Part shown: positions 1 through 10,000 of the stretch, piece by piece
Position numbering within the stretch: the first letter of the stretch is position 1
Layout of the letters: each line of letters starts with the position of its first letter
From: Bacilli bacterium
GTDB lineage: Bacteria > Bacillota_I > Bacilli_A > RFN20 > CAG-826
Length of the DNA: 64,000 nt
Direction: 5' to 3'
Assembly: GCA_050952725.1 (NCBI GenBank)
Contig: JBMNLN010000001.1
Location: 880,108 to 944,107 of the forward strand
Made by a program: the position numbers and the translations under genes
Notes under the pieces: generated by a model
What the model was told of the DNA's origin: nothing
Databases searched by the model: none
Seen by the model: the letters and a program-made list of their open reading frames with translations, nothing else

Positions 1-438
1 AGTAGCGATGATGGCGAACCTTCGGGAACTTGTGGTCGTCCGTTGCTGCAACTTTTACTCAATCATCAACTCAATCGGGTGCTGGTGATTGTCGTCCGGT
101 ATTTCGGCGGGGTTAAACTCGGTGCGAGTCGCTTATTACGCACCTATGTCGATGCCGCTAATCAAGCGGTAAAAAAAGCCTCTTTACTCGAAGAGGTATC
201 CGGTTTTTATTACGAATATGAATTTGATTACCGCGATGGACAAATAATTCAAAATAAAATCGCGCTTTATCCCGAAATTGATGCCGAAATAGATTATACT
301 AATAGCGTAAACATGAAGATGACGAGCCCGAATCCGTTAGAGACAGCGATTAATTCGTGGCTCCAAAAAGAAGTCGTTCCGAAGCTGGTACAGGAACAAA
401 TGATTTTACTTCCAGTTCATGAACCGCTTGAGCGATAA
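1..438 (+). CDS. yigZ: IMPACT/YigZ (UPF0029) family protein, 5' end outside the window
   Basis: Frame 1 is open from base 1 (SSDDGEPSGTCGRPLLQ...). The motif VIVVRYFGGVKLGASRLLRTY matches the characteristic RYFGG(I/V)KLG core of the IMPACT family. The ORF-track M at 43 is internal. Confidence 0.6.
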   Translation, partial: SSDDGEPSGTCGRPLLQLLLNHQLNRVLVIVVRYFGGVKLGASRLLRTYVDAANQAVKKASLLEEVSGFYYEYEFDYRDGQIIQNKIALYPEIDAEIDYTNSVNMKMTSPNPLETAINSWLQKEVVPKLVQEQMILLPVHEPLER

Positions 439-449
439 GGAGATAACCT

Positions 450-1712
450 ATGGATATGCGTGAATTCATTTCCCGAAGAGAAAAGCTCTTTGAGACATTA
501 CCTGATCGAACCGCACTAATTCTCTTTAGTGGGAATCTTTGGCGTTGTTCGGCGGATGAAGAGTATCCGTTCGTAGTTAATAAAAACTTTTTCTATTTAA
601 CAGGAATTGATCAACCAAATAGCGCCTTAATTATCTTAAAAGTCGAGAAAGCCGTGACGCCTTATCTTTTCATCGAGCAACCGTCAGAACTCAAGGAAAA
701 ATGGATTGGCAAAAAATTAAAGCCCGAGCAAGCGCGGCGCATTTCGGGCATTGAAAATATTCTCTTCAGTGAGCAAATCGAAAGCAAAATTGCGACGGTT
801 TTAAGCACTGAAGATAATACTTATGGGCAATTTGATTTGCTCTATCTCGACTTAGAACCAGGGCTTTATCTCGATAGGAAGACATCAATGGACGCTTTCA
901 AAGAGGAGTTATTAGAAAAATATCCCCATCTCACTATCGAAAATATCTATCATCAAATCATCGCTTTGCGCATGGTCAAATCACCTTTAGAAATCGCGGC
1001 GATTCGCCGGGCAATCTCCTTTACTAATACAGGACTTAAAGCGATGTTAACCCAGTTAAAACCAGAGATGTATGAATATCAAGCCACGGCGTTATTCGAA
1101 TATGTGATTTTCGATCGCCATTATTCTAAACCAGCCTTTGCTACCATTGCTGCTAGTGGAAAAAATGCAACGATTCTTCATTATCCGACTCCAAATGATA
1201 AGATGAAAGACGGACAACTCTTACTTCTTGACTTAGGTGCGACCCATGATTTCTATCGTGCGGATATTTCGCGGACCTACCCAGTTAATGGAACATTCAA
1301 TCCACTGCAAAGAGCGATTTATCAAATCGTCCTTGATTGCAATAAGGCGGTCATTGATTTAATTAAACCAGGGTTAACCTTGTTTGATTTGCAAAAATTT
1401 ACGATTGACTTTTTAACTGAACGACTCCTTGATGAAGGCCTTTTACAAAACAAAGATGAAATCAGTAAATACTATTACCATTCGGTGAGCCATCATCTGG
1501 GGTTAGATACCCATGATCCAGCCGATCGTCAAAAGCCGCTGGCTCCAGGTAATGTCATCACAGTTGAACCAGGGCTTTATTTTCACGAATATGGAATCGG
1601 AGTCCGAATTGAAGACGATGTGCTCGTCACTGAAAAGGGAAGTGAAAATCTCTCGAAAGCGATTATTAAAGAAGTTAAAGACATCGAAAAAGCTTTAGGT
1701 CAACAACGATGA
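450..1712 (+). CDS. pepP: Xaa-Pro aminopeptidase, M24B family
   Basis: 420 aa with an M24 pita-bread fold signature (HHLGLDTHD, metal-ligand E/D pattern and a creatinase-type N-domain). An RBS (aaggagat) precedes the ATG. Confidence 0.7.
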   Translation: MDMREFISRREKLFETLPDRTALILFSGNLWRCSADEEYPFVVNKNFFYLTGIDQPNSALIILKVEKAVTPYLFIEQPSELKEKWIGKKLKPEQARRISGIENILFSEQIESKIATVLSTEDNTYGQFDLLYLDLEPGLYLDRKTSMDAFKEELLEKYPHLTIENIYHQIIALRMVKSPLEIAAIRRAISFTNTGLKAMLTQLKPEMYEYQATALFEYVIFDRHYSKPAFATIAASGKNATILHYPTPNDKMKDGQLLLLDLGATHDFYRADISRTYPVNGTFNPLQRAIYQIVLDCNKAVIDLIKPGLTLFDLQKFTIDFLTERLLDEGLLQNKDEISKYYYHSVSHHLGLDTHDPADRQKPLAPGNVITVEPGLYFHEYGIGVRIEDDVLVTEKGSENLSKAIIKEVKDIEKALGQQR

Positions 1713-1713
1713 A

Positions 1714-1738
1714 AGACGGGCGGCTGCCCGTTTTTCTT
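1714..1738 (+). terminator. Rho-independent terminator after pepP
   Basis: Hairpin acgggc-ggct-gcccgt followed by a TTTTTCTTT run directly after the TGA stop. Confidence 0.5.
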
Positions 1739-1791
1739 TGGACGACCATTTCTCGATGAATTCATTCCAATCAAGAAGAAGGTAGAAAATT

Positions 1792-3267
1792 ATGAAAAAA
1801 TACATTCTTGCCATCGATCAAGGCACCACCTCCACCCGCGCAATTCTCTTTTCAAAGAAGGGCTCAATTGCTTTTCAAGCCCAACGCGAGGTTGTATGTC
1901 GTTATCCGAAACTGGGCTATGTGGAACAAGATGCGCTTGAATTATGGATTAGTGTGATCGATGTGATTAACGATGTTTTGGTCCAAGCCAATATCGATTT
2001 TTCTGCGATTGACTCCATCGGCATAACCAATCAACGTGAGACAACCATTATTTGGGATAAAGCCACGGGACGTCCAATCGCACCCGCGATTGTTTGGCAA
2101 AGTCGACAAAGTGCAGATATATGCGATCGATACGAGGAGCATCGGGAAAAAATCCACAACAAAACTGGGCTTCTTTTGAATCCTTATTTCTCTGCGAGTA
2201 AAATTCGCTATATTTTAGAAAACACGCCTGGAGCCGAACTTCGCGCGAAAAAAGGCGAACTCCTTTTTGGCACCGTCGATACTTGGATTATCTACAAACT
2301 CACCCAAGGACGCGTTCATGCAACTGATAAATCCAATGCTTCACGGACGATGCTTTACAATATCTTCACGAAGGAATGGGATAGAGAATTATTAGAACTC
2401 TTTGATATTGACCCTTCAATGCTTCCCCAAGTTCATCCGAATTCATATCATTTTGGCGATGCAACTTTCTTTGGAATTCGCGTGCCGATTATGGGGGTAG
2501 CTGGCGATCAACAAGCTGCCTTATTTGGCCAGATGTGCTTCAATCCTGGCGAGATTAAAAACACTTACGGGACAGGTTGTTTTATGTTGATGAACACAGG
2601 CGAAAAACCAGTTTTGTCTCAACAGGGATTGCTCACGACTATCGCTTGGGATCTCCAAGGAAAAACCATCTATGCTTTAGAAGGTTCGGTCTTCGTCGGC
2701 GGTGCGGCAGTTCAGTGGTTACGGGATGAGATGAAGCTGATCAAAGATGCCCCAGATAGTGAGCGTTCGGCGATGATGATTAAAGATTCAGAAGGAGTTT
2801 ATTTTGTCCCGGCCTTTGTTGGATTAGGTACACCTTATTGGGATGATGATGTTCGAGGGGCAATTTTTGGCTTAACGCGGGCGACAACAAAATATCACAT
2901 TGTCCGAGCCACTTTGGAAGCTATCGCCTATCAAAGTAAAGATGTTATCGAAGTGATGCGCAAGGAAGCCCAATGCGATTTTCAAACTTTAAAAGTCGAT
3001 GGGGGTGCGACTGCGAACAACTATTTAATGCAATTCCAAAGCGATATTCTCTCCGTCCAAATTCAAAAACCTGTGATTTTGGAGACAACGGCGCTCGGTG
3101 TTGCTTATCTTGCGGGTTTAGCAACGGGTTTTTTCCAAAATGTGGAACATATTGAGAAAATCCATCATTACGAAAAAGTCTTCTCCCCTAAAATGAAGGA
3201 AGAAGAAGTAAAACGTCGCTATGCCGGATGGAAAAAAGCGATTGCAGCTGATCGAGTTTTTAAATAA
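1792..3267 (+). CDS. glpK: glycerol kinase
   Basis: N-terminus MKKYILAIDQGTTSTRAILF is the canonical FGGY/GlpK start. Length is 491 aa and the RBS is aaggtag. Confidence 0.9.
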   Translation: MKKYILAIDQGTTSTRAILFSKKGSIAFQAQREVVCRYPKLGYVEQDALELWISVIDVINDVLVQANIDFSAIDSIGITNQRETTIIWDKATGRPIAPAIVWQSRQSADICDRYEEHREKIHNKTGLLLNPYFSASKIRYILENTPGAELRAKKGELLFGTVDTWIIYKLTQGRVHATDKSNASRTMLYNIFTKEWDRELLELFDIDPSMLPQVHPNSYHFGDATFFGIRVPIMGVAGDQQAALFGQMCFNPGEIKNTYGTGCFMLMNTGEKPVLSQQGLLTTIAWDLQGKTIYALEGSVFVGGAAVQWLRDEMKLIKDAPDSERSAMMIKDSEGVYFVPAFVGLGTPYWDDDVRGAIFGLTRATTKYHIVRATLEAIAYQSKDVIEVMRKEAQCDFQTLKVDGGATANNYLMQFQSDILSVQIQKPVILETTALGVAYLAGLATGFFQNVEHIEKIHHYEKVFSPKMKEEEVKRRYAGWKKAIAADRVFK

Positions 3268-3323
3268 TATTCCGCTTTCTTAAATTGTTCTTCTTTGCGC
3301 GCACATGATAAACTTGATTAAAA

Positions 3324-5696
3324 ATGAAAAACTATCGCTTCTTATTCACTTTTGATTACCTGATTATTCCGCCTTCAATGCGGCAAGTTTTACTAAGGCT
3401 AAAAAATGAATATCCGCGTTCCAAGACCAAGTTCTTAACGAAGTCGGAACTTTTTGCGGCGCTTGATTTTGCATGGACGCCTGACTGTGAGATTTTTCTA
3501 TATGAAGAAAAAAAATATCACTGGAATTTCATTTTGACATTAAAGGACAGTTTACATTTTTTACTCGAGCCCGAAATCAAAACTACTAAAGTAAAAGATT
3601 TGATTTTTCTCAAAAAAGAGATGCAAAAACGCGGTCTTTTAGTTGATAACCCTTACATTCAACGACAATTAGCCGGTAAGCAAATCGGCGTGATTGGCTA
3701 TTTGAACGATGATTGTGAATTGGCTCTATTTGCGCATAAATTAAATACTGAATTTACTTTTATCCCTCTTCCAGAAGTTGTAAAGGAGCGCAAAGTCGCT
3801 CGCTTTGCTTTTGTTGAAGATGAAGTTGCGGCCTTTTTTAACCAACTCGGCGAGTTTGGTTGGACTAGTAATGCTGACTTAAAGCGCATTAAACTTCTCA
3901 CGCCAACATCAGAATATGATTTTTGGCTCCAGGCCTTCGCGCGCCTTTATCAAGTGCCAATTAACTTGAAAAGTGATACGAAATTAATCGCTCATCCTCT
4001 GATTAAAAAGATGCTTGAGGACTTATCAGTTGGAGAAAAACCTGAAGATCAAATTGAAAAATTTATTGATTATCCCGAAATTCAAAGAGCAATAATTAAC
4101 ACTTTGAATGATTATCCTGCGCATCGTTTTTGTAACTATCCAAATTTTTTAAAAGATATCTTTTCCACGATATCTCTACAAAATGAAGTCTATGAAGAAG
4201 CGATTGAGCTTGTTGATGATTTTCTTTTGAGCGAAACGGAAACGCTGTTTGTGCTTGGGTTTAATGAAGATAATTTTCCACGAGTACAAAAGGATGACTC
4301 TTACTTAAATGATGGGGAAAAAAGAAGTCTTGGACGTCTTACAAGCAAGGAGATTAATCTCGCAGAACGCGCATTTTTAGAAGAAAAAATCAAAGCGAGT
4401 CCTCATGTAATCTATTCATTTGCCGATAAAAGTAGTGATGGTCCCAAATTCGCTTCCAATCTAATCAAAAAACTTAATTTTACAACGATTGCATATCCGC
4501 GATTTAAAAAACATTATTCGCCAATTTGGGCGCAACTCTACGGTTCAACGCTCGCTGATTTACATGATAAATACGGCGAAAATGCCCCGGAACTTCCCTC
4601 TTATCAAAAGTTATTGCAGGAAGGGAATTACCGCAGTTATCAAAATCAATATCAAGTTCAACAAATGCTTACTTATGAGGGAACGCTTTGGCTATCCTAT
4701 TCAAAAGTTAATACTTTTTTTCAATGCCCTTTTCATTATTATCTCGACTATATCCTCAAAATTGGCACGTCTGAAGATTCGTTTAATCTTAAAATCGGAT
4801 ACTTAATCCATCGTTTTTTGCAAAGACATGTGGAAAACCCTGGGCTTGACTATGACGAAGTATTTGATGAATTAGTTCAACAATATGATTTCACCCTGGA
4901 AGAGAAAATGTTTCTCCCCCAGATTAAGCATAAGTTTTCTTTTGCATATGATTTTATTAAAAAACATGAAGCGGTAATCGTCACTAAAAAAAGCCTTGCA
5001 GAAAAAAGATTTGAGATTAAACTCAAGCCCAATCTAATCATCAATGGGGCGATCGATCGCACTTTTGTTTTGCCTTTCGACGAAAAAGAACTCTATGTGG
5101 TAATTGATTATAAAACGGGAAAAGCAACTTATAACGAAAAACATCTGCCTTATGGTCAATCTTTACAACTTCCGACTTATGCATTATTGCTATCGGAATC
5201 TACCGAATTCGCCACTGGCGAAGTCATCGGTCTTTATATTCAAAACGTGCTTGATCTGAAAGTTGGTTTTGATGCGAATAAAACCGAGGAAGAATATTAT
5301 CAAAATGTTTATCACTACGTGGGAATTTCAGTTGCTGACCTCGATAAACTCCAACTTTTCGATCCGACCTATGAAAAATCACAATACATCAAATCACTTC
5401 AAATGAAAAAAGGTGGCGGATTCTATAAAAATTCAATTGTTAAATCAAGTGAAGAGTTGCAAAGTTTAGCGGAAATTGCGCGGGATAAATTCCTCATAGC
5501 TGAAAGGGAAATTCGCCAATTTAATTTTCCGATTTCACCTTTGAAAATCGGCAGTAACGTCGATGCTTGTAAACTTTGTCCCTATCGCAATATTTGCTAT
5601 CGCAAGTCAAGTGATTATCGCCTGATTACTTTGGGTGAAGAACAAAAGGATGAGATTGATACACTAGAAAGCAGGGGAGAAAACGATGGGGATTAA
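3324..5696 (+). CDS. addB: AddB/RexB-type helicase-nuclease subunit B, short nuclease-only form
   Basis: It lies immediately upstream of addA and overlaps it by 11 nt. The C-terminal PD-(D/E)xK core (GAIDRTFVLP...VIDYKTGK) is flanked by the AddB Fe-S cysteines (FQCPFHYY ... DACKLCPYRNICY). No Walker A is present. Confidence 0.65.
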   Translation: MKNYRFLFTFDYLIIPPSMRQVLLRLKNEYPRSKTKFLTKSELFAALDFAWTPDCEIFLYEEKKYHWNFILTLKDSLHFLLEPEIKTTKVKDLIFLKKEMQKRGLLVDNPYIQRQLAGKQIGVIGYLNDDCELALFAHKLNTEFTFIPLPEVVKERKVARFAFVEDEVAAFFNQLGEFGWTSNADLKRIKLLTPTSEYDFWLQAFARLYQVPINLKSDTKLIAHPLIKKMLEDLSVGEKPEDQIEKFIDYPEIQRAIINTLNDYPAHRFCNYPNFLKDIFSTISLQNEVYEEAIELVDDFLLSETETLFVLGFNEDNFPRVQKDDSYLNDGEKRSLGRLTSKEINLAERAFLEEKIKASPHVIYSFADKSSDGPKFASNLIKKLNFTTIAYPRFKKHYSPIWAQLYGSTLADLHDKYGENAPELPSYQKLLQEGNYRSYQNQYQVQQMLTYEGTLWLSYSKVNTFFQCPFHYYLDYILKIGTSEDSFNLKIGYLIHRFLQRHVENPGLDYDEVFDELVQQYDFTLEEKMFLPQIKHKFSFAYDFIKKHEAVIVTKKSLAEKRFEIKLKPNLIINGAIDRTFVLPFDEKELYVVIDYKTGKATYNEKHLPYGQSLQLPTYALLLSESTEFATGEVIGLYIQNVLDLKVGFDANKTEEEYYQNVYHYVGISVADLDKLQLFDPTYEKSQYIKSLQMKKGGGFYKNSIVKSSEELQSLAEIARDKFLIAEREIRQFNFPISPLKIGSNVDACKLCPYRNICYRKSSDYRLITLGEEQKDEIDTLESRGENDGD

Positions 5697-8600
5697 GTTT
5701 ACGCCCGCGCAAGAAAAAGCCATTATTTCCGAAGGACAAAACATCCTGGTGAGCGCTGGTGCTGGCAGTGGTAAAACCGCGGTTTTAACTGAACGTGTTT
5801 TTCGTCTTTTGACCGAAAAGCACATCCCGATTGAACATCTGTTAGTGCTCACCTTTACTAGAGCTGCTGCCCATGAAATGAAGAAGCGGATTAAAGCGCG
5901 TTTACAAACCGAAGCCACAAAAGAACTTGCCCAGGAAATCGATAATGCCTTAATTACGACTTTCGATGCTTTTGCCTCCTATCTTGTGCGAAAATATCAC
6001 TACCATCTTGGTCTTCATCCCCAAATTGATAATCTTGATGAAACCTTTGTCAAAATTCTTCGCGAGCAGTTTTTCGCTGAGATTCGCAATGAGTATTATG
6101 AAAAAAATGACCCGCGTTTTGCTGCGCTAATTAATCAATACACGGTTAGAGATGCAAGTCAATTATGGGATTTGGTCTATCGTTTTGATGCGGAAATTGA
6201 TAAGCGCATCGATGGAGATGCATATCTCAATCATTACATGGACGATCATTTTTCTAATCAGTTTTTTGAACAAGCCTATCAAAAATATTTAGATATCGCT
6301 AGTGAATGCATAGAGGAGATTAATGATTATCTGACTTTAATTTCAGAAGAAGTTCACCAGAGAGTTTTACGCGCCTTCTTTGCCGGTTTTATTAACGATG
6401 CTGATCTTGAGGATACATTAAAAAAACTTCACCATTATGAAGAGCGCTTCCCAACCAAAAAACCAAGTTACAATGAGGAAGATAAACTTCTCCATGATCA
6501 GATTAAAAGCGTCTATTTAGAGTTGAAGGAACTCGCCGATTTTGGCAGTAAAGCAGAGATTAAACAACATTACTTTCAAACTCAAGAACATGTCGCGATG
6601 ATTGTCGAACTGACGAGCAAGCTGCGCGAGAAAATGACCGCTTATAAGAAAAAACATCAAGTCTTTACATTTAGTGATATTGCCAAGATGGCAATGCAGT
6701 TACTTGATTATGAGCAAGTCATTGGGGAATTACGGAGTCAATTGCGATATATCATCATTGATGAATATCAAGACACTTCCGATTTACAAGAAGCTCTCTT
6801 ACAAAAATTAGCCGATAACAACCTCTATATGGTCGGCGATATTAAACAGAGCATTTATCGCTTCCGGAATGCGAATAGTGATATTTTCCAACAGAAGTAT
6901 TTGAGTTACCAAGATGGGCGAAAAGGACTAGTTGTTGATATGAACGAAAACTTCCGTTCCCGTCGCGAAGTATTAGCGGATATCAATTCGCTTTTTGGCG
7001 AATTGATGAGTCTTCGGTATGGCGGAGCGGATTATCGTCGACAACATCAGATTGTATTTGGCAATCAAGCTTATGAAGACCCAGAAAAGGGAAAACTCAA
7101 TCAGAGTCGCCGCACACAGGTGCTCTTATATGATGCAAGCAACAAGGCTGCTAATGACAAAAAACTAACTACTGCCCAAAAAGAAGCATTGATCATCGCC
7201 CGTGAAATCAAACGATTAATTGATAGTCAATTTCTCATCTACGATCATAAGGCCCAAAAGAAGCGGCCAGTAACTTATCAAGATATTGCAATTCTGGTTG
7301 ATCGGCGGGTATCGTTCACCACTTATCAACAAATTTTGGAAAGTTTTTATATTCCGCTAAAAGTTCATCAAGACCGTGAGATTATGACTGCGGAAGCTAA
7401 CCAAGTACTCCAATCTCTGGTGCGTCTAATCGTCCAACTAGAAGAGAGTGAAGATGATAGTCCCATCTTACGTCATCACTTCTTGAGCGTCGCCCGAAGT
7501 TACCTATTGCAACTGCCAGATGACATTACTTATCATCTTCTTACAGAAGAGGATGGAAAGAAATATTTAACTCATCCCTTGATGTTAAAAATAAAAAGAT
7601 TCACCGAAAAGACTAGGGATTGGCCATTGAAATCGCGTATAACTCAGTTAATTTTTGAATTTGATTTAATCGAAAAACTTCCCTTAATCGGGGATGTCCA
7701 AGTTAACTTATATCTTTTTGAAGAATTAGTTGCTACTGCTGGCACCTTAGAAAAACTCGGCTTTACTTTGAAAGATTTTAGTGAATTTTTCATCGCGATT
7801 ATCGAGACAGAACAAAAATTTGAAATTAGTGATCATCTCGCCCCGCAAAACGCAGTGCAATTGATGACTATTCATAAGTCAAAAGGGTTAGAATTTCCAG
7901 TCGTCTTTTACTGTGGACTTAGTTCAAGGTTTAACTTTAGAGATTTTCAAGGCAGTTTTCTAGTCGATAGCGACTATGGCGTGATTTTACCGTCTCCAGA
8001 AAATCCTTCTCAGCCTAACTTATTTAAACTCTTAATCGCCAATAAGGAAAAAGTGGCCTTCATCTCCGAGCAAATTCGCTTACTTTATGTGGCCTTAACA
8101 AGAGCGAGGGAACAGATATATTTAGTCTTACCGACTCCAAAGGAAGGCTTTGCTAAACCGATTATCAAATGTAGTTCCTTTGCCCATCTCCTCTATGGGT
8201 GGACGGAGTTGGATAAACGGGTTGTACAGGTGGGAAATCTCGTTCTTCCCGATACGATTGCACCTTCTGATTTACCAAAGGTGACCGTAACTCCGATTGC
8301 CGTGAAGAACTACCAGTTTGAATTCACAAAGAAAGAAACAACATCATTTGCGAAGATGATTGCTCTTGAGGTTGAGCAAACTATCTTGGCAGTGGGAGAA
8401 AGACTACATTACTTCCTTAGTTTGATTAATTGGGACATTCGCGATGCTTCTTTTATTGAAAATGACAAGGAACGACGAATAATTAATCGTCTCCTTAACC
8501 TTTCTATCTTTGATGGACTTAAAGATAAAGAAGTTTACACGGAGTACGAATTCTATGATTTAGATACGCAAAAGGTCGGAATTATCGACTTCTTTGCCTT

Positions 8601-8787
8601 GCTTAAAGATAAAATTATCCTCGTTGATTTTAAATTGGCCAATATTGCTGATTCTGCCTACGATCAACAGGTCACGAAATACGCTCAATATTTAAAGAAG
8701 ATGTTTAATTTACCTATTGAAGCCTATCTCGTAAGTATTAATCAGGCGGAATTCCGGCAAGTAGCACTTCCTCCAGATATTGTTTAA
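5686..8787 (+). CDS. addA: ATP-dependent helicase/nuclease subunit A, UvrD/PcrA-like
   Basis: N-terminus MGIKFTPAQEKAIISEGQNILVSAGAGSGKTAVLTERV carries a UvrD-type Walker A. Length is 1033 aa. Helicase motifs (DEYQDTS, VGDIKQSIYRFR) and a RecB-like C-terminal nuclease region are present. Confidence 0.85.
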   Translation: MGIKFTPAQEKAIISEGQNILVSAGAGSGKTAVLTERVFRLLTEKHIPIEHLLVLTFTRAAAHEMKKRIKARLQTEATKELAQEIDNALITTFDAFASYLVRKYHYHLGLHPQIDNLDETFVKILREQFFAEIRNEYYEKNDPRFAALINQYTVRDASQLWDLVYRFDAEIDKRIDGDAYLNHYMDDHFSNQFFEQAYQKYLDIASECIEEINDYLTLISEEVHQRVLRAFFAGFINDADLEDTLKKLHHYEERFPTKKPSYNEEDKLLHDQIKSVYLELKELADFGSKAEIKQHYFQTQEHVAMIVELTSKLREKMTAYKKKHQVFTFSDIAKMAMQLLDYEQVIGELRSQLRYIIIDEYQDTSDLQEALLQKLADNNLYMVGDIKQSIYRFRNANSDIFQQKYLSYQDGRKGLVVDMNENFRSRREVLADINSLFGELMSLRYGGADYRRQHQIVFGNQAYEDPEKGKLNQSRRTQVLLYDASNKAANDKKLTTAQKEALIIAREIKRLIDSQFLIYDHKAQKKRPVTYQDIAILVDRRVSFTTYQQILESFYIPLKVHQDREIMTAEANQVLQSLVRLIVQLEESEDDSPILRHHFLSVARSYLLQLPDDITYHLLTEEDGKKYLTHPLMLKIKRFTEKTRDWPLKSRITQLIFEFDLIEKLPLIGDVQVNLYLFEELVATAGTLEKLGFTLKDFSEFFIAIIETEQKFEISDHLAPQNAVQLMTIHKSKGLEFPVVFYCGLSSRFNFRDFQGSFLVDSDYGVILPSPENPSQPNLFKLLIANKEKVAFISEQIRLLYVALTRAREQIYLVLPTPKEGFAKPIIKCSSFAHLLYGWTELDKRVVQVGNLVLPDTIAPSDLPKVTVTPIAVKNYQFEFTKKETTSFAKMIALEVEQTILAVGERLHYFLSLINWDIRDASFIENDKERRIINRLLNLSIFDGLKDKEVYTEYEFYDLDTQKVGIIDFFALLKDKIILVDFKLANIADSAYDQQVTKYAQYLKKMFNLPIEAYLVSINQAEFRQVALPPDIV

Positions 8788-8788
8788 A

Positions 8789-9931
8789 ATGAGAAAGATG
8801 AAAGAGAACAAGCATCGCCTTACTCCCATGGAGAAAGAAAAATTTCTTCAACTGATTGAAGGATTACAACTTCCTGAATCCTTTGATATTAACTTCATCT
8901 ATGAAATGTATGAGACGGTGCTCGAGGGATTAGGCGAAGTCGAGCAAAAAAGTGACCTTCTTCGAATGGAAATCGTCGATCATCCTAAGATTGTCTATTA
9001 TTTGCTGGGCGAACATTATTACTATACATTTGGGGTTCAACCGCCGAAAGTCGCTGAACTATTAACGAATACCCAATATCAATCTTTCCTTTTAAGTAGT
9101 GCCTTGGATAAATACTTAACCAACGGACACCTCGAATATAAATTGGCTCAGCAATATTCGCCTTTTTCTCCCCCGATATCGACCTTGGAACTCTACTTAA
9201 ATTTCACCCTTGGCATCCTCACTCGCTTCAAGAAGAGGGAACCAACTAAAACATTAATTGTCGATACCATGACCAAAGCTTTAACTTTAGGTAAGGGAAT
9301 AATCAACCTCTTGAAAGACGGTTTTGAAACTGAGGCCTTCGCCATCTGGCGCACCTTACATGAAACGGAGTGCGTTTTAATTCTGCTTGATCGCTATCAA
9401 ACTCCCGCAATCCAAGCTTATCTAACCCACTTAAATTATGGTCTTGCATTTCGCGGGGGAATCACGGATAAAGAAAAAAACGATCAAGTCTTTGCGCAAA
9501 TCAAAGAGAAAATGCGCGAGCACGGCTTAAAGAGCAAGGACATGAAACGCTTTATCGAATATGGTTGGCTTTACGACATTCCAGGAATTGATTTTTCGAC
9601 TGATTACAAACTCAACTTCCGCGATGGTTTAGAAAAAGTTGCGGGATTAAGCGCCTATAGTCGCAACTACGAAATGGCTAGTGAAGTCGCTCACTCTTCC
9701 CCATTATTAATTTATGCTAAAGATACGTTTTTTGGTTCGATTGCTCTAATTAATCTCTACGAATCCTTCTTCCGAATTGAAGAAATCTTCCGCAAAGTCT
9801 ACCTTTCAGCGGCTTCTGATTTGGAAAAACGACAATATGATTTAATGCGTCGGATTTATTCAGGCAGTATGAAGGTGATTCATGAGCGCGAAGTCAAAAA
9901 ATACTTGCGAAAATTCGGTAAAAGAAAATAG
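8789..9931 (+). CDS. hypothetical protein, translationally coupled to addA
   Basis: The first ATG (8789) lies 1 nt after the addA TAA. The ORF track uses TTG at 8780, which would overlap addA. The product is 380 aa with no motif I recognise, and a terminator follows. Confidence 0.4.
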   Translation: MRKMKENKHRLTPMEKEKFLQLIEGLQLPESFDINFIYEMYETVLEGLGEVEQKSDLLRMEIVDHPKIVYYLLGEHYYYTFGVQPPKVAELLTNTQYQSFLLSSALDKYLTNGHLEYKLAQQYSPFSPPISTLELYLNFTLGILTRFKKREPTKTLIVDTMTKALTLGKGIINLLKDGFETEAFAIWRTLHETECVLILLDRYQTPAIQAYLTHLNYGLAFRGGITDKEKNDQVFAQIKEKMREHGLKSKDMKRFIEYGWLYDIPGIDFSTDYKLNFRDGLEKVAGLSAYSRNYEMASEVAHSSPLLIYAKDTFFGSIALINLYESFFRIEEIFRKVYLSAASDLEKRQYDLMRRIYSGSMKVIHEREVKKYLRKFGKRK

Positions 9932-9945
9932 AAACATGGCAAGGA

Positions 9946-9985
9946 AAAAGACCCGCGATTTGACTTAAATACGGGTCTTTTTAAG
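9946..9985. terminator. bidirectional Rho-independent terminator
   Basis: Stem aagacccg/cgggtctt with U-runs on both strands. It lies between convergent genes (8789-9931 + and 10001-11644 -). Confidence 0.45.
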
Positions 9986-10000
9986 TGTTTTTTTAATCAA

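Noticed and set aside
1942-2157. Small antisense or alternative-frame ORFs throughout the window (e.g. 1942-2157, 3698-3901, 4489-4806, 13062-13280, 16882-17199, 20765-21073, 32196-32507, 49927-50385, 58342-58764, 59360-59689, 60492-60845, 62337-62681).
   Set aside because: They lie entirely within strongly supported genes on the other strand or frame, have no RBS, and have low-complexity or biased composition. They are typical six-frame noise.
8789-9931. Whether the 380-aa ORF after addA could be a displaced JetD/MksG for the jet-like operon. Its size is similar, at about 380-400 aa.
   Set aside because: I can see no toprim-type E...DxD signature. It lies 18 kb away in a different operon and is translationally coupled to addA, so there is no support for the idea.
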